Positions 46,608 through 52,852 of a stretch of DNA of 52,852 nt are shown here, piece by piece (within the stretch, counting starts at the first letter, position 1; each line of letters opens with the position of its first letter). Both the position numbers and the translations under genes were made by a program. The DNA is from a virus (Duplodnaviria > Caudoviricetes). The notes under the pieces were generated by a model. That model saw only the letters and a program-made list of their open reading frames with translations. It was not told where the DNA came from and did no database searches. The DNA lies in the IMG/VR virus record IMGVR_UViG_3300037427_000580, positions 1-52,852 of that record, one strand, 5' to 3'.

Positions 46608-48157
46608 TATGCTTTCCTTATACGTGTAGCTTGTATTTTAAGTTTTACTGATGTTGTTGCAGGTTGAACTTTTATTCTACATAAATTATCAGCCACATCA
46701 GTAGTTACTGCCATTATGCTTCCGTTACTATTTATACGCCCAAATTCTGAAACGTATGATGAACCTCTATCGTGTGCAACATTATACGTTCCGAAAGAAA
46801 CACCATTTGGATTTGTTGCTTGTATTAGATATTGTGCAGAAATGAAATCAGCAGTAGGAAACTGATCGATAACTGTTGCTGACGTATCATCAAAAGACAA
46901 TATCTCTTTTGTTTTAAGAACAGTTGTATTCGCATAATGAACTTCGTTTTGTGCAGATAGAACTGCTGGTTCTGGTCCATGAGAATCAATTGTAATAACA
47001 TCATTATTTGAAACGGGTTCAGTAAGAACAACTCTTTCACCATTTACGGCTGTCCAGTCTGTTGTTGCTTTTAGTTTAACACCATTCAAAAAGACAGTTG
47101 TTTTATTTAATTCATATTCTAATCTTTGTCCAAATCTATCATTACCATTAAAAGTAGTTTGTCCTTGTGAAGCATTAAATTCAAAAGATTGATAAGGATA
47201 TGCTCCTATAGACTCAACCATTACGACATCATTATTGCCTGCGGCATCTTGAAGAACAATTGCACTACCATTTGTTGCAACGAAATCCGTATTTGCTCTT
47301 AGTCTAAGTCCGTTTAAGAATACTTTAACTCCACCACCTAATGGATTAGCCGCTGTATATGATAATGTTTTACTTCCAGCATCTGAACCACTAATTGTAG
47401 TTTGTCCTGCGGTAGTGACATAGTTGAAGTGATCAAAAGATTCAGAACCATATTGTTCAATAGTGATAATGTTATTGTTAGCAATACCATCTTGAAGAGT
47501 TATTGAATTAACATCTGTTTCTACATAGTCAACTGTTGGGCGTAATTTTACACCATCTTTATAAACTGAGACTGAACCGACTGTATAGTTAAGAACACCT
47601 TGACTATCAGAAGAACCTTTAATTAATGTTTGTCCTGTATTACCAGTAAAATCCCATTGTTGAACAGCTAAAGAGGCTCTAACAGATACGTTAGCAGTAT
47701 GTCTTGAAGAACCTTGATAAGCCGCGGCACCAGTAAATGTAACTGGCCCAGTAAAATTAAATTCATTTGATGAAGTAACGGGTTGAGTAAAAGTAACAGC
47801 ACTATTAAATGTAGCATTCCCGGCAAAAGTAGTATTACCAGACATAGTTGCGCCAGAAAAATTACCTGATGCTGATGCGGCTCCAAATGATAATGTACCA
47901 CTTCCGTCTGTTTTTAGAAAATGTCCTGCAGAACCATCAGTAGCTGGAAAAGTAAGATTTCCATTTGCTATTTGAAATCCACCAGAACCTACTGTAAGAT
48001 TATGTGGATTTGATCCAAGTTCGAAAGTGTGAGTTGCGTTTGCGGAATATGCTCTTCCGTCTCTGATGTTTAATGCTAATTCACCAGCGGTGATATTAGA
48101 TAATGTAGGTACCTTACCCTTAACGGAGGTACGTTTTATCTTTACGACGGAAGCCAT
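46607..48157 (-). CDS. Tail fibre-like protein
   Basis: IKR....P......GELALN N-terminus; LKTDGSG.LSF; three GQT...Y...V.LNG.KL...D repeats. Confidence 0.75.
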   Translation of the reverse strand: MASVVKIKRTSVKGKVPTLSNITAGELALNIRDGRAYSANATHTFELGSNPHNLTVGSGGFQIANGNLTFPATDGSAGHFLKTDGSGTLSFGAASASGNFSGATMSGNTTFAGNATFNSAVTFTQPVTSSNEFNFTGPVTFTGAAAYQGSSRHTANVSVRASLAVQQWDFTGNTGQTLIKGSSDSQGVLNYTVGSVSVYKDGVKLRPTVDYVETDVNSITLQDGIANNNIITIEQYGSESFDHFNYVTTAGQTTISGSDAGSKTLSYTAANPLGGGVKVFLNGLRLRANTDFVATNGSAIVLQDAAGNNDVVMVESIGAYPYQSFEFNASQGQTTFNGNDRFGQRLEYELNKTTVFLNGVKLKATTDWTAVNGERVVLTEPVSNNDVITIDSHGPEPAVLSAQNEVHYANTTVLKTKEILSFDDTSATVIDQFPTADFISAQYLIQATNPNGVSFGTYNVAHDRGSSYVSEFGRINSNGSIMAVTTDVADNLCRIKVQPATTSVKLKIQATRIRKA

Positions 48158-48252
48158 ATATATGCCTTATTATGTTCAACCCTATATAGGGATATATTTT
48201 AATCTTTTAAGTGGGAAGTATAAACTCCCCACTTTATCTTACTCTTTATTTA

Positions 48253-49944
48253 TTAGTAAGTTCCACCATCAATAACACAATCTAGTTGAGCAAGTGCGTG
48301 GCCTGTTCCCCCGGTATTAAGTGTTGTTGTTGGTTCAGCTTGATTATCTTTAAACAAGATGTATTTTCCGTCAGATGCATCTCTTAGAAGTCCAGAATAC
48401 TTTTGTGTATTACTTGCATTATAAGTTCCGTAGAAACCAATGTCAACTGCATCTGCATTTGCACCAGTCTGATTAGCGGCTAACTTCAATGCTGAGTCAT
48501 TAACTGTAACTGTTGTTGAAGATACAGTAGTTGTTGTACCACTAACTGTCAAATCTCCAGTAACAGCTAAGTTTCTTCCTACTGAAACGTCTCTGGTAAC
48601 AGTAATATCTCCATCTGCGTTTCCAAGAGCAATTGTTACTGCGGCATCTTCAGCTCCAGAGTTTGCAATTGTAAAATCATTACCTGCATCGGCTAATGTT
48701 GCAACATAGTTACCAGTTGTATCTGTTCCTAATGCAACAGAGTTTGGCTGAATAGCCGCGGTACCAGTTACGTTACCAGAACCATCAAAAGATGCTGATG
48801 TCCAAACAACATCACCTGTCATTCCGATTGTTCTACCAGTTGCTAATGCTGTGGCTGTACTTGCGTTTCCTGTTACGTTACCGGCAACATTTACTGATGC
48901 TCCGTCTTTAAGTGTAACTACACCAGATGATACTGAAAAGTCACCACTATCAAAAGATGCAACACCTTTGTTTGATGTTGATGCTTCTTCACCTGTGACT
49001 GTTATTGTTCCAGAACTTTCTGCTACATCTATACCTTCACCAGCGGCAAAAGTTATTGTTCCACCCAATGCTGTTGCAGTAGTGTTAGAGCCATCTGAAA
49101 CTGTGATACTTGAATTTGTTAGTTTGCTATTAGCGATAGAACCTGATAACATTGCATTATCTACTGCACCTGCGGCAATAGTTGATACACCAGTATCAGC
49201 AACAGTTATATCACCAGTGATAGTTGCAACAAGTTTACCTATAGTTGCTTTATGTATACCATCATCACCATCATCTTTGAATATTATTTCGTCAGCTATA
49301 GCTGGTACTTCAGCAGTTCCACCTTCAACAGCTAATGCCGTAAGTGCAACTTTATTAGCAGTTGATATATTAGATAATTTACTATCTGCTATTGAACCAG
49401 CAAGTTGGGCATTTGAAACACCAAGTGCTTTTATTGTTACTGCACCTGATGATACAGCAAAATCTGCCGTGGCAAATGATGCTACACCTTTAGCTGTTGT
49501 AGTTGCATCATCTCCTGCAACTGTTACTGTTGAGCCTGAACCAGATGTTGTTATTCCGCTTCCGCCCGCTATTGTTAAAGTACCTGAAGATGGTGCCGCG
49601 TTGCCACTATCTCCTGCAAAAGTATCACCAGCGGCAGTACTAAATGATATTGCGCCGTTTGATTCTCTTGCTATTGTTACTGATGCTGAACCTAGTAAAT
49701 CTATATCATCATAAGCGGATCCGTCTTTAGTTAGACGTATACTTGCACCACCACCTGTGTGTGTAACAGCGGCCGTGTCAACATTATATCTATCACCTGA
49801 GATTGTTATAATGTCAGAACCGTTTGTAGATGAAAAGAGTTTTCTATCAGCAGTATTAAGGGCTAATTCTCCAGCTTGAAGCGAACCTCCTGATGGAGCT
49901 GAACCTCCCGTATTCGATCTTTTTAGTTTAATTACCGCAGCCAT
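48253..49944 (-). CDS. Tail fibre-like protein
   Basis: IKLKRS....P....L..GELALN; KGVASF repeats; G/S/T/A-rich; ends IDGGTY. Confidence 0.75.
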   Translation of the reverse strand: MAAVIKLKRSNTGGSAPSGGSLQAGELALNTADRKLFSSTNGSDIITISGDRYNVDTAAVTHTGGGASIRLTKDGSAYDDIDLLGSASVTIARESNGAISFSTAAGDTFAGDSGNAAPSSGTLTIAGGSGITTSGSGSTVTVAGDDATTTAKGVASFATADFAVSSGAVTIKALGVSNAQLAGSIADSKLSNISTANKVALTALAVEGGTAEVPAIADEIIFKDDGDDGIHKATIGKLVATITGDITVADTGVSTIAAGAVDNAMLSGSIANSKLTNSSITVSDGSNTTATALGGTITFAAGEGIDVAESSGTITVTGEEASTSNKGVASFDSGDFSVSSGVVTLKDGASVNVAGNVTGNASTATALATGRTIGMTGDVVWTSASFDGSGNVTGTAAIQPNSVALGTDTTGNYVATLADAGNDFTIANSGAEDAAVTIALGNADGDITVTRDVSVGRNLAVTGDLTVSGTTTTVSSTTVTVNDSALKLAANQTGANADAVDIGFYGTYNASNTQKYSGLLRDASDGKYILFKDNQAEPTTTLNTGGTGHALAQLDCVIDGGTY

Positions 49945-49956
49945 GGGCTAAACTCC

Positions 49957-50634
49957 TTACTTTGCTTTTAAAACTTCTCCGAGTCCCTTTCGAGGACTAT
50001 CTTTTGTCTCTTTATTTATAATTATTGAATCATCAACATCTTTGGAACCATAACAAAGATTCATATAGAAAGTTTTATCTTGTTCTGCTTTCTCTAATTT
50101 TTTCTCATAAACTTCAATTTTTTGAGCCCATTCTATCTGTAGACTTTGTGGAATAGGCATATTTTCATTATCTACTCTTAATATTTTTAAATCTTCTTTT
50201 AATTTTGTATTTTCTTCTTGTAAACGATTAATTTTAGTTTCAAATCTATCTGTATCTTGTTCAAAATTTCTTTTTATATTCATTAAATCATTAACTGGAC
50301 TTATTATTCTTCTTGGCATTTTATCTTGTTCTACAATATTTGCTTTATCTTTAATAAGCTTTGCAGGCCTAATTCTTCTTTTCCAAACTAATTCTAGATT
50401 ATCTTCATAGTATGCTACTTCTTTTTGTAGCTGTACTATCACTTTATCTACACCAGAAATTCTTTCAAGAGCAGAATCTAAACCTTCTTTCTTCTTATCT
50501 AAGTCTTTTAATTTCTTAGCTTGTAGAACTAATTGAGCCCTTAAATTAATTATAACTTGATTTAAGTTAGCTATCTGTTCTGATTGAGATGCTAAATATG
50601 TCTCTTCAATTTCTTCATTACTAAAATCACTCAT
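49957..50634 (-). CDS. Coiled-coil hypothetical protein
   Basis: Heptad-rich K/E/L composition; GGAG RBS. Confidence 0.65.
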   Translation of the reverse strand: MSDFSNEEIEETYLASQSEQIANLNQVIINLRAQLVLQAKKLKDLDKKKEGLDSALERISGVDKVIVQLQKEVAYYEDNLELVWKRRIRPAKLIKDKANIVEQDKMPRRIISPVNDLMNIKRNFEQDTDRFETKINRLQEENTKLKEDLKILRVDNENMPIPQSLQIEWAQKIEVYEKKLEKAEQDKTFYMNLCYGSKDVDDSIIINKETKDSPRKGLGEVLKAK

Positions 50635-50643
50635 TCATTACTC

Positions 50644-51504
50644 CTAGTAAGTTGCTCCATCTATGTCACCAAAAGTCGGAGTGCCATTTGCGGCAATCTG
50701 TAAAAATTCACCATTTGTTCCCGTTACAAAAGCTAATCTACCAGCAGTTGCTCCAATTGGAACTCCGTTTACTGTAAATGATCTTATTCCTGTACCACCA
50801 CTATTGGCAGATAAAGCTGATGACAAGTTTAAAGTATTTATAGTCGCTGTCCCAGTTACAACTGAGTTTGTAGTTTTGATTGTATTGTTTGCATTTGTGA
50901 TAGTTGTTGTTCCAACAGTCACAGTATTAGCTTGTACTTCTTTAGCACCAACTGTTACAAAGTTATTTGCAGAACCGATACCCATAGCACCAATATATCT
51001 AGCACCTGCAACATAAACTTTTCTTGAACCACTTACAGAACTTGGAATATTTGTACCTATAAAATGTACAATCCCTGCTTGATAATCGAAAAACCATTCA
51101 TCATTGTTACCAGAACCTGTTCCGAATAGTTGTGTACCAGAACTTACTGGATTAGTCGCACTTGCGGCATCTGAATATATTTTAACGAGATATGTTGAAC
51201 CAAATTCAGGTGGAATCCAATCTGTTAAACCAGTTTTCCAAGTTCTTCTTGCTGTAGATGTTCCATCTTCTGCACACTCTATTGATGTTGTAGTATCATA
51301 TATTCGAACATGGGTTGATGTTGCACCCGGTTTAGTTGCGGGAATCTTATCAGCTTTAGTCCAAACTTTATCGCCTCTAATAAGCAATGGAGATACAATA
51401 GCTTCATTCGGTGCTTTCTTAGCCGCATTAGTGTCTGTTTTTGCTACACCATAACCTAACTTTTTCCAAAGATAGTCAATTTTTCCTGAATCAGATATAG
51501 CCAT
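50644..51504 (-). CDS. Conserved virion structural protein
   Basis: KIDYLWKKLGYG..KTD, WFFDYQAG.VHF, ARY.G; ends IDGATY. Confidence 0.7.
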   Translation of the reverse strand: MAISDSGKIDYLWKKLGYGVAKTDTNAAKKAPNEAIVSPLLIRGDKVWTKADKIPATKPGATSTHVRIYDTTTSIECAEDGTSTARRTWKTGLTDWIPPEFGSTYLVKIYSDAASATNPVSSGTQLFGTGSGNNDEWFFDYQAGIVHFIGTNIPSSVSGSRKVYVAGARYIGAMGIGSANNFVTVGAKEVQANTVTVGTTTITNANNTIKTTNSVVTGTATINTLNLSSALSANSGGTGIRSFTVNGVPIGATAGRLAFVTGTNGEFLQIAANGTPTFGDIDGATY

Positions 51505-52852
51505 TAGCTTGGATCTCCAATAGATAGTGCTGTTAAACTGTCATCACTATTTAGAACGATTGAAACTAGTATTTGATTTTGATGAGAGTTTGTAGAAGAA
51601 ATTGTTCCAAGAGTCAATGTGAATGTTCTATTAGTATATGATGTTCCGTCTGCTATAATGTCAGCACCTGTTTCAGCAATACCATTACTTCCATTACCAC
51701 CATTTCCTGTGTTTGAGCCTGGAACTCCAGAACCAGCATATTGAATAGATGCATCACCCCAACCATTTAATGAAGAAGCAGAATCGATAGTTGTTCCCGG
51801 TACAGCGACATATAATCCTGAAACTTTTCCAGTCAATGTAATACCGAAACGTGACACAGTTGTTCTCTTAAATGCAAAAACAAAATGTTGGGCGCCAGAA
51901 CGGCCTGTATTTAAATTTGGACCAGCTGGTAAATAACCACTTGCTAAATTAGTTGTGAAGTGCTTTAGTGTATCGTATCGAACAACTGCTTCTGAAGTAC
52001 CTGCTATTGTTCTATTACCTGTCCACACATTGTTTGAATAATAATCAGTAGAACTATTAAAAGCTGGTGTACCACCAGTTAAACTGTGTATACGTTTTCC
52101 ATCTGTATCAAATCCAGCTCCTAGTGAATCTGCTACTGCAATGTTCTCTTCGTCAAGAGATTGACTACCATTATAAGCTTGTACAATAGTCCCTGATAAT
52201 ATTGCGGCACTACCAGTACCATTTGGATTTTTTGCTTTAAGTTGTATTAATTCTGCTCGTTTACCACCACCATTTACAGCAACATTTAGATTAGCTATAG
52301 CATAAGGCGATGAAACACCAATATTAACATTTGGAACACTACTTGTCAACATAGTTGTACTTCCATCTATATTCGCATATGTGTAGTTATTTGTTCCGAA
52401 TGCCGCACCAGAAGTACCTTCTTGATTTGTTGAGTTTTCTACTACAACTGGAGAAGTTGTGTTTTGATAACATTGTCCAGTAAAATTACTAATAGTTACA
52501 CCACTAAGAGTAAGAGTAGCATTATTAGTGTAATATGGTACACCAGAAATATACTTTAAAGTTCCAGCAGAATTTTGAGTTAATGATGCTCCACCAAGAT
52601 TGACTGTCGGTGCTGAAGTAAGACTGTCTTTAATAAATTTAACTGTGTTTGAATTACCCAATGTAGATTGAATTTGATAAGAATGTAAACCCGTGGCGTG
52701 AGAACTTCTTGATACTCTAGCTTTATAACCTTCATATAATCCAGGTGCATATATTCTGGCTGAAGTTGCAACTGATGTACCAGCGGCATTGAAACCATTA
52801 TAATCTGTTTCTGAATCTATAATCAAACTTGAATATGTACCCGCATCATCGG
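51504..52852 (-). CDS. Large virion structural protein (partial, starts beyond the window end)
   Basis: Frame is open to the window edge; G/S/T/N-rich, YISGVPYY. Confidence 0.7.
   Translation of the reverse strand, partial: DDAGTYSSLIIDSETDYNGFNAAGTSVATSARIYAPGLYEGYKARVSRSSHATGLHSYQIQSTLGNSNTVKFIKDSLTSAPTVNLGGASLTQNSAGTLKYISGVPYYTNNATLTLSGVTISNFTGQCYQNTTSPVVVENSTNQEGTSGAAFGTNNYTYANIDGSTTMLTSSVPNVNIGVSSPYAIANLNVAVNGGGKRAELIQLKAKNPNGTGSAAILSGTIVQAYNGSQSLDEENIAVADSLGAGFDTDGKRIHSLTGGTPAFNSSTDYYSNNVWTGNRTIAGTSEAVVRYDTLKHFTTNLASGYLPAGPNLNTGRSGAQHFVFAFKRTTVSRFGITLTGKVSGLYVAVPGTTIDSASSLNGWGDASIQYAGSGVPGSNTGNGGNGSNGIAETGADIIADGTSYTNRTFTLTLGTISSTNSHQNQILVSIVLNSDDSLTALSIGDPS

Noticed and set aside
697-51454. 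Plus-strand ORFs in the track (e.g. 48851..49714, 43475..43990, 5743..6150)
   Set aside because: Antisense shadows of well-supported minus-strand genes, with no recognisable motifs
1-52852. tRNA genes or stop-codon reassignment
   Set aside because: No cloverleaf/T-loop signature noticed in the short intergenic gaps; TAA, TAG and TGA all end conserved genes at expected lengths

Overview
A 52.9-kb, AT-rich segment of a T4-like myovirus genome, with essentially all genes on the minus strand. The host is probably a marine alphaproteobacterium (inference from the BMP and YbgC genes and GANTC-containing early promoters). In transcription order (right to left) it holds: tail fibre/virion accessory genes, including a paralogous family with a shared N-terminal module and swapped C-terminal (often LamG-like) domains; a tagD/ugd-like cassette; the T4 core gp13-gp23; a BMP-family solute-binding protein; gp3, uvsY, uvsW, gp55, gp47 and gp46 interleaved with metabolic genes; kdsB, a DNA methyltransferase and a degenerate peptide deformylase; a glycosyltransferase cluster; and an early region (VWA/metalloprotease plus MoxR/CobS ATPase). 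The best leads are five. (1) A putative clamp-coupled DNA-glycosylation module: small partner, GT32-like enzyme ending in a gp55-like LxxF motif, and a TAGT/GREB1-like enzyme. (2) Window-wide avoidance of GCWGC, visible as Ala-Ala recoding to GCSGC. (3) Three repeated early promoters each carrying TGATTCG, a GcrA/CcrM-type site. (4) A pseudo-enzyme peptide deformylase. (5) A structured leader upstream of the BMP gene. All calls come from motif recognition by eye; no searches were run.
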